From assembly GCA_013239625.1 (NCBI GenBank), contig MU053881.1, positions 16,422,373 to 16,486,372 on the forward strand: a stretch of 64,000 nucleotides of DNA, written 5' to 3'. The DNA is from Lama guanicoe (lineage: Eukaryota). Below the pieces are notes generated by a model, which worked only from the letters and a program-made list of their open reading frames with translations, was not told where the DNA came from and searched no databases. The translations under genes and the position numbers were made by a program. Below, in pieces: positions 13,301-26,679 of the stretch. Positions within the stretch are counted from its first letter, which is position 1, and each line of letters opens with the position of its first letter.

Positions 13301-14489
13301 TTGCAGAAAATATTTGTGGTTGTGGTAACTTTCTAGGACCACTGCACTGAAAATGGGAATCTCTCCCCAAAGCCATTGTGCCCTGCTGAGCAAACATGTT
13401 TGCCTAGAGGAGTAATAGAGCCCGTGCCGCCCTGGCCACAGCCTTCTCCTGGTCCAGCCTCAGCTTTCCATCTGCCAGCTGCCCAGCCATGGTGCCTTTT
13501 GCCTTGTTTTTTGTGGAGGGTGTGAAGGAGCACTGAGAGTCACCTCCCGGTTCCCATGACCCTTGGGGGAGGGGTGGCTAGTGCAGGGGACAGCTGGAAA
13601 TGGGATGAGGCTTGTTTGCTCTCCAGGTGCCAGCTTGGTGACTGCAGATCTTGACTTGCTACAGAGGGAGACCCCTGAGATGTTTGTAATATTGGAGTAA
13701 ACATGGTGCCCAGCAGCTGAGGACAGTAAGATGGGACTTCATTTATCTATCCATCCTTCATTCATTCATTCACACTTGAGACTAGTAAGGGTCTAGCTCA
13801 GCTGTCAAGGGGAAGTCAGGATTTCAGACATTTCAGTCACAGGAGCTTACTGCCCATTGGAGAAAACCATGAAGAGTGAGGGGGAAAAGAAGTCATCAGA
13901 CGCTCTGAGGCTATCTTCATGTCAGGATACAGGTTATCACTCATACCAACTGTTTGAAGGGAGAACAGACTGCTGTTTGCCTAAGACTTTCTGCAGATGT
14001 TTGTGGCCACTGGCCTTTCCTATGTGAGCATGGAAAGTTGGCTCCTCCTGAGTCTCCAGTTGAAGTATAACAAAACCCCATGAGCAGGCTGAAGTTGAGT
14101 CTTTGGTGGCTAGTGAGCCTTTCATTTCACATCCTATAAGACACTGTCATCCAGCTCCAGCCACAGCACGTTCCTTGAAGGCTGGGATGAGGCTCTTCAG
14201 CCAGGAGTCACCTTCCCCAAGCCTGCCGTTCCGGTGCGCAGTCTGTTGTTGGCACCAGCGTTGTGGGAGGGCACAGACTGTCCAGAAAGAAAAGCTGATG
14301 TTGACTGGTGCCCGCTGGAGCCCAGTCTGTTATGAGGAGTGCATTACACTAGGATCACATTTGTCACACAGTCCTTAGGGTGCCCCTGGGATGCCCAGGC
14401 ATGACAGGCCTCCTCATTTTACTGAGGGGAGGAGGAACTTTCTCCCCACCCTCCACCCCAAGGAGAGCTGAGCCCAGGTGGGGCATCTG

Positions 14490-16500
14490 ATACCTAATTC
14501 CAGACAACTGCTGATCTGCTGTCACTGTAGATTAATTTGCCTTTTGTAGAATTTTGTGAAATCATGAGTATGTGCTCTTTTTTGTTGTTTTCTTTATTTT
14601 GGTCTGAGCTCTTCTTTCATACTTATTTTGAGATTAATGCATGTTGTATATGTCATTCATCTTTGTTGCTGAGTGATATTTCGTTTTGTGGATATACTAT
14701 GGTTTATTTATCCATTCATGATGGACTTTTGGGTTGTTTAATAATCTGCCAGAATGTCTTCCAGGGTGATTATACCATTTTATGCTCCCACCAGCAGTGT
14801 AAGAGTTTCAGTTGTTCCACATCTTGGCCAGCACTTGGTATGGTCAGTCTTTTTAATTTTAGCTATTTTAATAGGTATGTAGTGGTATCTCATGGTTGTT
14901 TTAATTTGCATTTCCCTGATGACTAATAATATTGAGCATCTCTTCAAGTATTTATTTGCGATGCCTATCTCTTATTTGGTGAAAGATTTGAATGTCTGTT
15001 AAAATCATTTTCCCGTTGTTTCCCCCTTGGGTTCTTTGCCTAATTATTAAGTTGAAAGAGGTTTTTGTATGTTCTAGAAACCAGTCCTTTCTTAGATATA
15101 TGATTTGTGTGTATTTCCCCCCCAGTCTGTGGCTTGCCTTTTCATTTTCGTAACAGTGTTATCTTCTGAAGAGCAAGTATTTTCAATTTTGATGAAATCC
15201 AGTTTGTTTTCTCTATGTTTTGTGCTTTTCATGTCATATTTCTAAAGTCTTTGCCTTTTAAACCCAAGGTCACTGAGATTTTCCTACTGTGTTTTCTTCT
15301 AGATAGACATTTTGTAGTTTTAACTCTTATATTTAGGTTCATGGTCCATTTAGTGTTAATTTTTGTTTCTTGTGAGATAGAGATCAAGAGTTTGTTGTTT
15401 TGTCTCATTTTTTGTGTATGGCTATCCAGTTATTCCACCACTGTTTGTTGAAAGATTATTCATTCACTGTTGAATTGCCTTACCACTGTTGTTAAGAATC
15501 AGCTGCCCATGAATATGTGGGTCTGTTAATGGAGTCTATTCTGTCCATTGATCTTTTTCTCTTTGCTCCAATTCCACATTGTCTTGATTATATAATTCTT
15601 AAGATCCGATAATGTAAGTATTCCAGTTTTTTTTTCAAAGTTTGTTAGCTATTCTAGGACCTTTATGTTTCCATATGAATTTTAGAATCAACTTGCCAAC
15701 TTCTCCCAAAGACCCTGCTCGAGTTTCAATTAGGATTGCTTTGAATCTATAGATCAGTTTGGGGGAGAATTGGTATCTTAACAATATTGACTCTTCCAAT
15801 CCATTAACTTGGTGTATCTTTCCATTAGTTGATGCCCCTTTTGATTTCTCTCAGCCATGTTTTGTTCTTTTCAGTGTTGAGGTCTTAACACATCTTTTGT
15901 CATTTATCCATGAGCTCTTCAAATTTTTTAATTGCTATTATGAATGGAATTGGCTTTTAAAATTTCAATTTCTGAATGTTTGTTGCTTGCATATAGAAAT
16001 ACAGTGGAATTTTATATTGGATTTTTATCCTGCAGGCTTGCTAAACTCACTTACTCTTATTTTGTAGGTTCTGTAAGATTTTCCATATAGGCTATTCTAT
16101 TTGTGAATAAAGACAGCTTTACTCCCTGCTTTCCGGATGTTTCTTTTTCTTCTCTCTTCTTCTCTCCTCCCCTCACCATCCCCTGTTTCTTTTTCTTGCT
16201 TTTTTGTACTAGCAAGAATCTCCTGATGAGACTGAATAGCAGTGGTGAGCACAAGTCCTTGTCTTGTACCTGCTCCTAGAGGGAAAACATTCAGCCATTC
16301 ACCATCGAGTATGATGTTAGTTGTGGGTATTATCAGCCTGAGAAGGTTCTCTTCTGTTCCCAGTTTGCGGAGAGTTTTTTTTTTTTATCAGGAATGGATG
16401 TCCAATTTTGTCAAAATGTCTTTTCTGCATCTGTTGAAATGACCATGAGGCTTTTCATTTTTGACCTCTTACTATGGCAGGTTATGTTGATTTTTCAGTG
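14490..16500 (-). mobile_element. Old L1M-type LINE-1, antisense, degraded
   Basis: T-rich antisense ORF2/3'UTR signatures (ttttaatttgcatttccctgatgactaat; ttgaatctatagatcagtttggggagaattg). Confidence 0.88.
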
Positions 16501-17229
16501 TTATTTTCCTCCCCTACTTGAATTTCTAGTCTCTCTTTTTTTGCTGTCTTCATTCCTGGTGAAGGCATGCAGAATTTTCCTATCCTAATTGCCCCACTGC
16601 CCTCCCTTGAGCCAGCTGCCCATTTCTGCCCTCTTCATCAATACAACTTGCTAATGGCCTGTTGCATGAAGGCAGTCATGGGCTAACCACACAGGATTAG
16701 CAGGTTGGGTTAGTAATGGAACTGTGCCCAGGTGTATAACGGACACCCTGGCTTCCTCCTTGGAGAAATGGCATAGCACCTACTTGGGAGGTCTGTGGTC
16801 TCAGGAGAGAACCATGATGTGGTAGGAGACAGAGGCCCCCACATCCAGGGTGCTGACATGTGATGCCCAGGCAGTGGGTGCTACCTGACTGCCTCTCTCC
16901 AGTAACTTTAGAGCTTGCTCTTTCTTGGGGATATTCACCTACTCAATGCTTCTTCCGTGGAACCTTCAGAACACTGTTATCCTCCCTAGACTGGCCCCTG
17001 CCCAGGGTAGAGCATGGGACACCTTGCTCTGTGAGCTGTGAAGTGTAGTGCACACTGCGTGTCTCAGAGGTAGCCTGGGCTCCTGGTGTGGTGGTTCTCA
17101 CACCTTGTTCTGCAGGATCCTCAGAGGATCTGTGCCACCACCAGGGATCGAGGGGCTGGCTTGCCAACACCTCCCCCTCCTCTTCAACCTCAGCAGCTCT
17201 GGTATCTGCTTCTAGGATAGGATGGCCTC

Positions 17230-17760
17230 TAAAATCAACTTTTTATTAAAATACAGCATATATCCAGAAAAATGCACAGGTCGTAAGTTTTATGTCTTAG
17301 TGAATGTTTATTAAGTGAACAGATCTGAGTAACCCCCGCCCAGATCAACCATCAAGAAGTCTTGTCTGCTTTTGAGCTTCCAATTCAATACAGGATGTAT
17401 TCTTTTGTGTCTGGCCTTTTCCTGGGATCTGTTTTGAAATTTATTTTCGATGTTGTGTGTAGCAGTAGTGTGTTCATTTGACGTTGAATGGATAGACCAC
17501 GATTTAGTCATCTGTTCCACTGTTGGTGGCCATGTTGGTGGTTTTCAGGTGGGACTGTTCTGAATATGGCTGCCCTGACCATTCTTGGCACAGCATGCTC
17601 ATGTTTCTCTTGGTCCCCACCCCAGAGTGGAATGTTTGGGTCATAGAGTATGAATGTCCATCTTACATGATGTTTGACACAGTGCACAGACTTTCTTCCC
17701 ATTCCATGGATGGCAATGTCCTTGGTTCTCTCCATAGTGGCCCCTGTTGTAGGAATGCCC
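17230..17760 (-). mobile_element. Old L1 3' fragment, antisense
   Basis: ttttattaaaatacagcatatatccagaaaaatgcaca...cagagtggaatgtttgggtcatag. Confidence 0.7.
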
Positions 17761-20700
17761 ACTGAGAAGTCCCCCACGCCCACTGCTGTTTTTCAAGCTC
17801 CACACAGAGCCCAGGAGCTGTGGGGCAGCGGGTGGGAGAAGGGGTGGCCTTGGACCTGACCCCTCCCAAGTGTAGTCTCGTAACAGGCTCCGTGAGTTGA
17901 GTGCTTTCCTTTCCTGAGCACTTACTGTGTGCCTGTAGGAAGTTTCTGTCATCTTCCCACTTGGTGGCTGAGGGAATAGCTGAGTGGGCTGGGTGGGTGG
18001 GCTCAGCTATCTGCTCACCTCTATGCACAGTCTTTTTTGGTGCCTTCTGCCCTAGAGCACGTGATACGGGGTTCACGTGTCCTGCCTGATGGCTTCTGTA
18101 TCATGTAGGACAGGCACACCCACCCTCAGTCACCTTTAGGGACCGGGGAGTTTGTGGATCTCACAGATTTCCTGTTCTGTGGAAGGGGACAAGAGCTCCT
18201 CCGTACTTAACTCTGTAACTTGCTGAATGACTTAACCGGCGTGGCCCCCACCCAGCCTCTGGCAGCTCCTGTTACTCTTTTCTTGTCCACCCAGCTCAGG
18301 ATAGATGTTGGTGACCCTGTGTGGAGTGCCCAGGAAGGTGAGGGCCACCGGACCCTGCGTGCCATTCACATGTCTGTAACACACTCTTTTTGCTTACCAC
18401 ATGTTGGTGGGTGTGGTCACTTTTACCCATCGAGGCTTGGCAGCCTCAGGTTCTGGGGCCAGTTCTGGGCTTGAGCCCCCCTGAGAAGGGGTATGTCCTT
18501 GGTTTTCTCCCGCATAGTCTTTCTCTTGTCCTGAAGGTGCCTGCATGAGGTTGCCACTTTGGTGCTCCTGGCCGCTCAGCTGAGCCTCAGTTGTAATGTT
18601 TCACCTGTTGCTTCTGTCTTTGCCTCTGACCAGTTCTATCCTGTGCCTCAGGACTGGGCCATATCCAGCCCTTCCTGCATCCTCCAGGTGCTCAGAAAAC
18701 ATTTGGTGACTTGTTGAGGGGAATTCTAGGATGTTGCCTATTCTCAGGACCCCATAGCAGTCCAGGTGAGCAGACTGGTAGATTCATGGCACTGCACTGC
18801 CTTGAAGGGATCTTAGAAACCACAGAGCAGCCTGGAGGAGAGTGCACAGAGCCCACCCGGCCCGACCTCTGTGGGAAGTGTCCCTGGATGGTGGTCAGTG
18901 TGCCATTCAGGGATCCACAAACATGATCTGTGGTTTTGCCAACACTCTGCCCAGGCTCCCCAGCTCACAGAGGAAGAGCTGGGCTTAGGTTGGTGGCTGG
19001 TATTAGCTTTGAGTCTGAGTTGGGCCAGCACTGGAGACCATGTCTGACCCAGCTGCTTCTCTTTCCAGCCCCAGTGCCAGGCATTTTCACTGGCAGCACG
19101 GAAGTGCACGGCTGTCACCTTGCTGTTTCACTCAGCATTCTCTTGGAGGTTGGCCCCATCTCTTCCTAAAAAGCTGGCTCGCTCTCGGTTTGAATTGCCC
19201 ATATTCGGCCCACGTGTGGGTCGAGCACCATGCGTGCCCCTCCCGTGGGTGTTGGGTATTTCATCTTGTGTTTTCTAACTGGCTGTTCCCATTAATGCAA
19301 GGCTGGGAGGGAGGAAACACCACCTGGCGTGCTGTCATCAGATGCACTGCCCACGGGACCCTTCTGGAGCACGGATGCAGAAAGAAAGTGCTCCGCTTGG
19401 CTTTCTGACTTTCCAGTTGAATCAGTGTAGGAATGAACCAACTCCCAGAAGACATGTTGAGAATTCTGGTGCTCTCACAAAGGGCTGAATTACAACAAGA
19501 ATTGTATGCTGACCTGATTCTGAGGTCAGGAGAGTTGAAGTTTGTAGTTTTGTCAGGAATTGCTGCTGGGACAAAGACAGTTTGAGGGCCAGCACTGGAG
19601 AGGAGTGCTGCCTCCCCTCCCCTTCCTTCCCCCTTCTCTGCCCCTTTTCATCTGCAAGCCTCTCTCACCTCTACACGCCTCTCTTGCAGAGGCCCCGTGG
19701 ATGGTGGCTGCTCATGTTCACTTGCTAATGGGGAGCTCCAGCTGCTGTCCTGGGCACTGGGCCTCCTCTTCCTGGGCTGCTCATGGGGTGCAGGCAGTGC
19801 TCTGCCTGCTGCCTGGGTCAAGTTGCAGCTGCAGTTGGCTGCTCTGGCCATGGGCGCTCTGTAGGCTGTGAGCGTACAGCAGTCAGGGCCACGCAGGCAG
19901 TAGCCACCCTTCAGCTGTAGACGCTCCCGGGGAGCAGATGGGCCCCACTGGCGAGGAAGTGCTTTAGCAAGTGGTGAGCTTGGTGGCTGCAGCTGAGACA
20001 CAGCCCCCGCCCCTGTGTCATTCTTCCTCTGAGAAGCTGTGAATGAGACTTCACCCCAGTATGTCCGAGACTCCTATGGGGTCCTGGTGGGGGAAGGCTC
20101 TTTTGCCAGGCTGAGCGCTGGTGTGGCATCTGCCTGAGGGATGTTCTTCTTGCTCCTGCTGGGCTGTGGGACCAGGCAAGGCAGAACAGGGTCAGGAGGC
20201 TGCATCTCCCAGAGCTGAGAGGTTGGATTAAGGCACACTGACTTCTTTTCTTTGCTCAGGGAGACAGGGTGGGACATGGGCCGGGTTCTGCCAGGCTCCC
20301 TCAGGGATGTGGGTGCCACGTCTTGCACTGACTTGTGGTAGAGGCATTTTGACTCACAGAACGGCACCCACCTGGGAACATGTGTGTAGAGTTCATCAGA
20401 AGCAGGAGGACTTGCTGTGGCTGAAAATAGGCTGGAACCAAATCACAGACACACACTTGCCTGGCAAAGCCCCTTTCATTCACCCGTGTGCACGCCCTCG
20501 GCAGACACGACTGACACCCACTGTGTGGTTGGCAGGACACGGTGACTCAGCCAAGGATGGCCTTACAATGCTCAGCACGTTGAAAGGCTGGAGGTTTGCT
20601 TGCTTCTGGGTGCCATCTGTGTCGTGTTTTGGTTTGGAAGGACAGCTTGCTTGCTGATGAACAGTTCCAAACTCTTTTAAGCTAAGTGGTTTTTGTAAAT

Positions 20701-23673
20701 TCTAGTCTAGACTATCCTGCATTTAAATAAAAAAAAAAGATGTGACTTCCACATGATTGGCTTTAAAGTGAACTAGTACTGTTGACCAGCTTTGAGCCCA
20801 CTAAGGAGTTGGTGTGGGCTGTGCTGTATAGATGCAGGGCCACAGTGTGGTCGGGGGACTGGCTGGACAGGTGGGGCAAATGCATCCTCAGTGGGTCAGT
20901 GGGTGCCTTTCACAGGGCTTCGCAGGGAGCAGGCTCCAGTGCATCGTTGTTTACCAAGTGGCCTGCAGCTTAGGGCAGGTGTTATGGGTGGACTGAAGCC
21001 CCTGCTGTCATGGGTGGATGTGGGATCTCCCTGGCTCTAGCGTACCCTGGGGGGAAGGCAGAGGCAGCTTGGAGACCATCTATAGGTGCTGCTGGGCATG
21101 AAGCCGCTGGCCCTGTGTGGCTTCCAGGAACTCTTTGTAACCTTCGCATTTCCCTGCTATGGCCAGTCGGGGAGAGTATGTGGGCGGGGTACCAGCATCA
21201 CCAGCCTGGTGGTGTCTGGGTGCCTTCCTTCACCCCACCTAGTCAAGCACTAGCTGGGCTGTATGCGGTGGGCAGACCCTGTGCCAGGCTATCACAAAGC
21301 CATGCTCTGCTGCCTTCTGCCTTCTAGCTGCATGGTGAGTGCTGTACCTCCATTACCTTCCTTTCTTATCTGTAAAGTGGGGTTGCAAGGATGAAAAGCT
21401 AGAGAGCTTTGCCTCTGGGGAGCCCAACAAGTGGTGGTCCTGTGAGAGTGAGGCTGGGTTGTGCCTACCCTGGCTGATGCCCTTGGGTCGGACTCAGGGA
21501 GTACAGGGTTTCCCCTTTGTCACCAGGGCTGCACAGGTCCGGCTTAATTACTGAGAGATTTGGGATTTTGGGTGACGTGAGAACCTCTGATGCGTGAAGA
21601 AAAGGGAGCAGTGAGCGAGGGGCCTTATAGACTCCAGAGAAGTCTCAGTTCCTTGTTTCACGTCTAGGCTGGAAATCCCCGCAGGGCGGTAATTACTCAG
21701 AGCCTGGGGTTTACCTATGCAGCCCTTGAATTACTGAGAGGAGGAGACTGGGCTGGCCCTGCCTCTGCACATGGATCCAGGGTCAGATCAGTGATCCAGT
21801 TCATAGAGCAACTTTCAGATATGTGATGAGAGCCAGTTAAGATAGTTTTTCCAATGGGAGGTTGGCTTTAAAGATGATTCCACATGCCTGCATAGGCAAG
21901 TTATCTGAAGACAGTCTCCTGGACTCTGGAGAAGCCAGTGGAATGACTGCATCTCAGGGTTGACACGGGGCAGCGTGGCCAGGTGGTCCTTGGGAGCGGC
22001 CTGGGAAGAAAGGTTCTGAGTGGCCGGGTCCTGCAGCTCAGCTGTGGCTGTAGGATGGAAGATCACAGATGTGCCATGCTAGGTAGGCGCTAGGATGCTG
22101 TGCTGAAGACTAGAGGTGGGCCGGCTATGAAGCAGTAACCTTCCCTGGGTTACTGTTGTTTCTTTACCATGTTTTCGCCCTACCCCAACAGGGTGGCCTG
22201 GCTGGCACCCCTCTGAGATGCCAGCAGACCTCGGCTGCCCTCTGTCCTGCTTCTAACCTCATCGTCGCATGAGCGCACACATAGTGGTGTCTGCAGGTGG
22301 ATGAGGGCTTTGTGGCTTGGGGCCTGCCATCATGTCAGAAGCTTGGGACCCCTCTTGCCAATTCCTCCCTCCTGGGCCCTTTGGAGAGCGCCCCGGAAAG
22401 CTGGCACATGTCTGGGTGGGCACCCTCCTGGACCCTGTGGTGTTTTCCCTAGTGGGGGTGCAGAGAGCAGGTCTGGCCTTTCCTGCTTGAAGGAGTTTTG
22501 GAATCTGTGCACGGCTCCACTTCTGCCCTCTGTGGGCTCTTTGGCAGGGAGGCAGGTACCCACCTCAGAGAGCAGACCCCAGGCCTCTTTCCACCCTAGC
22601 GGGCTGTTTTTGCACCTGGTCTATTGAGCAGCAGCTCAGCAGCCTGCAGGGGCTTGATGAGAAGCTCCAAAGGTTGAGGGTCGCACCAGATGGAACGTGC
22701 CCTGTAGTTTGAACCAGGAGTTGGGGAGGAGACGGTGTCACACAGGTGCCAGATGGTGCAGCAGGAAGCTGTGGTGAGGAATTGGAAAACAGGTATTTGC
22801 TCACTTCACCGCCACATGGCTTTGGGCTCTCTCATTCCAGATCCAGTGAAATCTACCTGAATGTTAGGTAATGGGCGTATTTTGTAACCTTTTAGATTTG
22901 TGGTGAATTTCAGAAACAAAGATAGAGAGACTAGTGTAACCATGCTCCCCAGCCCCCCCACAGTAGATAGATGCCAGTTTACGGCCAGTCAGCACTGTTT
23001 CATCTCATCCCTCCTGCCACCCACACACGCACGTGGATTATTTTGTAGCAGATTCCAGGGCACATCATTTCTTCAGTAAATAGTCTAAATCTTGTCGTTA
23101 GAAGATGAGGATGAGCAGTGTACCTTAAGGGTTCCCATAGCGAGCTGGGCTGTGGGGTTCTGCACGGATTCCTCATAGCTCCTGTGTGACCCCTCATGTG
23201 GAAGGACAGGGATGTCGCCAGCCTTGGGCAGGAGTGGGAGTGGTGGCACCCTACATTACATGGTCCAGACTCTTACCCAGGCTGCTTCTGAGGGGTGCCA
23301 TCCTCTCCCTTGGAGAATCCTGTCACCTGTGTGTGTCCAGAACCCCAAATGTCATTGGGTAGGCTGTCTGGAGTAGTGAGTTAGTGAACGCTGAGGGGCT
23401 CTCTAGGAACGGAGCCTTTTTTGCTTCTTTTGTGCCTGCTCTTGGTTCTCATGTGGGGGGAAGGCCACATAAGAACCCTGGGAACTGGGTCAGTGGTGAG
23501 GAGTGTGTCGTTCCACTCTTGACCCCCAAGCACATATCCCTGGGCGTCCCCGAGTGTGAGTGAGGATGTGCTCAGCGAGGGTCCTCTCTCCCCTCACTGA
23601 GGTCAGCCAGGAGGAGCCCAGTTTAGGACGTGCCTGTGTGTTCCATGTGGAGACACCAGCTGCCTCACATTTC

Positions 23674-23743
23674 TTTTAGTTCTTTATTTATTTTGGGGAC
23701 AAGGTAATTAGGTTTATTTTGTTTATTTAATGGAGGTATGGGG
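23674..23743 (-). mobile_element. 5'-truncated camelid-type SINE (3' tail only)
   Basis: ggtaattaggtttatt...aatggaggta matches the tail of the 41765 copy; flanked by TGCCTCAC at 23661 and 23744. Confidence 0.75.
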
Positions 23744-25519
23744 TGCCTCACCTTCTTTCTGCTTGGGATGGATGCTCACTTTCCTATCGATACCTGAATG
23801 TCCCTCACGAATCTCTAGTCTAGGATCTGAAGGCCCTTGGTGTGATAGATAGTGGAGTCAGTCCTCCTGTCATCAGCAGGTGACCGTGTGCTCACCTGGG
23901 CCACAGCCAGGGCTGCCTGCTGACTTCCCGCCCTGCCTCTGCTCCTCTCTCCCTGTTGCCTGCCCACCTGCCTGCTCCTGCCCTTCCAGAGTAGCCTACC
24001 CCTGCTCCTGACACCTTCCCCCGCCTTGCCACCTTGCGCCTTCCCTGAGGACATTTAGGCATCTGAGTGTGCAGGAGCAGACATTACCACCCTGGAGGGA
24101 TATTTACTTCCAATTGAGAGGCCACTCAAATAACAAAAATAAATGGGCTGGGATGGTGAGTTCACACAGGAAGTCAGTATTGGTAGAAAGGGGAGGTGAC
24201 ACTTGGCTTCACTAATTATTAAGGAAATGAAAATTAATCTGTATCTGTTGAAGGAGTCCTAATGAGAAGATGCTGCAGGCATTCAGCTGTCCCTCTTGTG
24301 TGAATTCTGCCCTCTTTGGGAAAGCCCTTTGGCAAATGGTTTTGGGAGGTGTTTTTTGTTCATTTGCTTGGTTTGGTTGATTTTAAACTGGGAAGGAATC
24401 CCAAGGGAGATATACAAAGGAGGAAGGGGCCACGGATGTTCCAGGCTGTTTTTGACAGCAGGATGCTGTGCATGTCCCTTAGGCTTTCTGACCTGTTGCG
24501 CTTCCCCAAAGTCCCCCTTGAGGGCAGCGCCTGGGAGTGGCTCAGAGGCCTCCCCACCCGCAAGGCATGGCAGTGTGTCTGCTGTGATCTTGAGTGAGTG
24601 TATTTTCAGACAGACAGGTGTCAGTGCTCAGTGACCTTGCCATTGCGGCTGGAGAAGGGGGCAGATCCAGAAGGATGAGACCCCAGGGCGGTCCTGAACA
24701 TCCAGGCAGCAGGGGCAGAAAGAGAAAGGCAGAGGACATAGCATTTCCCACAGGGCCGAGAGCCTGAGAGCCTCCTTGAAGCTGAAGGTCTCTATGCACA
24801 CCCACCCGAGCAGGCCTTACCTACTCCCTACCCTCGTGCAACTTCCAGGAGGGTCTCCGGCTTTGTGAGGTCTATGGCGCCAGCTTGCTGCCAGCCCCCA
24901 GGGTTGCTCAGGTGTTCTGCTTCCCACCCCCACCACCCCCAGTCTGGCAGCAGGACAGTGTCTGCCCAAGGACAAGGACACTCTGTGCTGCCGGCTCGCT
25001 CTGCAGGGACTGCTGGTTCAGGAGTGTGTGAGGACCCAGGGCTCTAAATATACCAGGGTGAGGTCACTGGGGTGGAGACAGGCCATGTGGCAAACCCAGG
25101 ACCCTGCAGGGCCAGAATCCCAGGGCTGGGGACAGGGAACGGGTGGCCTCACTGTCCCTGTGGGACCGGTCTCTTCACTGCCCAGTCTCATCTGCACTGA
25201 ATCCCTGCCTGTGGCATGTATAGAGGTAGGTAGAGGACTGGTTGTCTTCTGTCAGACCCCCATCCCTTGATGAAGCTTGCAGTAGGTTTTCAGGGCCATC
25301 TGGGTATGTTCGTGGACACAGCCCCAGACAAGAACATTGCTTGAGGTGAGGCAGGACTTGGTTGCCAGGGTGCAGATTAGCCCCCTGGCAGGAACAGCTT
25401 TGCAAGAGCCCTCTTGGGCAGGTTGAGGTCTACTGTTGTTGCTCTGTGGTCACTGTGCAGTTTATACTCAGAGGGGTCGGGGGTGATGTCTGCCTTCAGC
25501 TGGAAATGGGGCAGATAAG

Positions 25520-26063
25520 TAAGGAAAGCTGGGACTACATGTGGCCCCCGAGGATGTCCGTATCCTAGGCCTCGGTACCTGGGTGTGTGGTACCTTACAT
25601 GACAAAAGAGGCTTTGTGGATGTAATCAAGGGTGCAGACCCGGATTATCTGGGAGGGTCCAGTCTAATTAAATCTTTAGAACAGAGATCTGACTGGGTCA
25701 GAGAGGTGCAATGGGAGGGCTCAACCCCATGGCTGACTTTGAAGACAGAGGGAGGGGCCCTGAGCTGGGAAATGCAGGGCCCTCTGGGAGATGGGAATGG
25801 CCTTCAGATGCCAGCCAGCAGGAAATTGGGACCTCAGTCCTACAGTGAGGAACTGAATTCTGACAACACTCTGAAGGAGCAGGAAATGGGCCCGCAAGAG
25901 CCTCCTGAAAAGGGGGCAGCCTGCCCACACCTTGATCTCAGCCCAGGGAGACCTGAACCAGCCTCCTGACCTGTAGAACCTACAATGATACACATGTGTC
26001 ATTAAAGCTGCTCAGTTTTTGATCATGTGTGGTCATTTCAGTGACAACAGGAAACTGGTAACA
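25520..26063 (+). mobile_element. MLT1 (ERVL-MaLR) solo LTR, MLT1D-like
   Basis: ccttacatgacaaaagaggctttgtggatgtaatcaagg...gacctcagtcctacag...gaactgaattctgacaac...ggaaactggtaaca. Confidence 0.85.
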
Positions 26064-26679
26064 CTGCAGTGCTGGCAAGGACATAGGAAACAGGTTTCCC
26101 CACCTTCCTCTCCTGTGGTGGGCGAGGAGTGGGAGCAACCTCCCTGGGGGCTCATCACAGTCATTCATGGCCTTTTTTGCCAGAAGCCCTTCTAGCTGCT
26201 GTGTGTTAGCTCAAAGTTGCATCTTGCAAAGGTGACTGCAGCCTTGTTTGAAAGGGCGAGTGGAAACAACGAAGTCTCCCCCAACGCAGAGCTCAAGTGA
26301 GGCCCTCCTCCCATGGGAAGGCTGAGCAAACGGAAGAGGCTTGTGATGCTGGGAGTTTCTGATGTAAGAAAAAGCAAGGCATAGAACCATATTTTGGTTT
26401 TTTATTGTTTGATACATGTACACAACAGCTTGTATGCAAGGAATATTTTCGGAAAAATGCAGGGAAACGCTGGAGTGGCTAGGTGGGCGACATACCTCTT
26501 TGTGCCCTTTCCTGTGCCTGCATAACTTGGTTCTGGTGTGTGTGGGGACAGGGGTAAGTGATGTGTGATTTGGGAGGGGAGGGGGGCTCCCCCCTCCAGC
26601 CAATGCACCAGAAACCTGCAGCTATGGGGGTTGTTGAGCTGCAGAAGTTCTATACCAGTTCTGGATCCAAATCCTTCCC

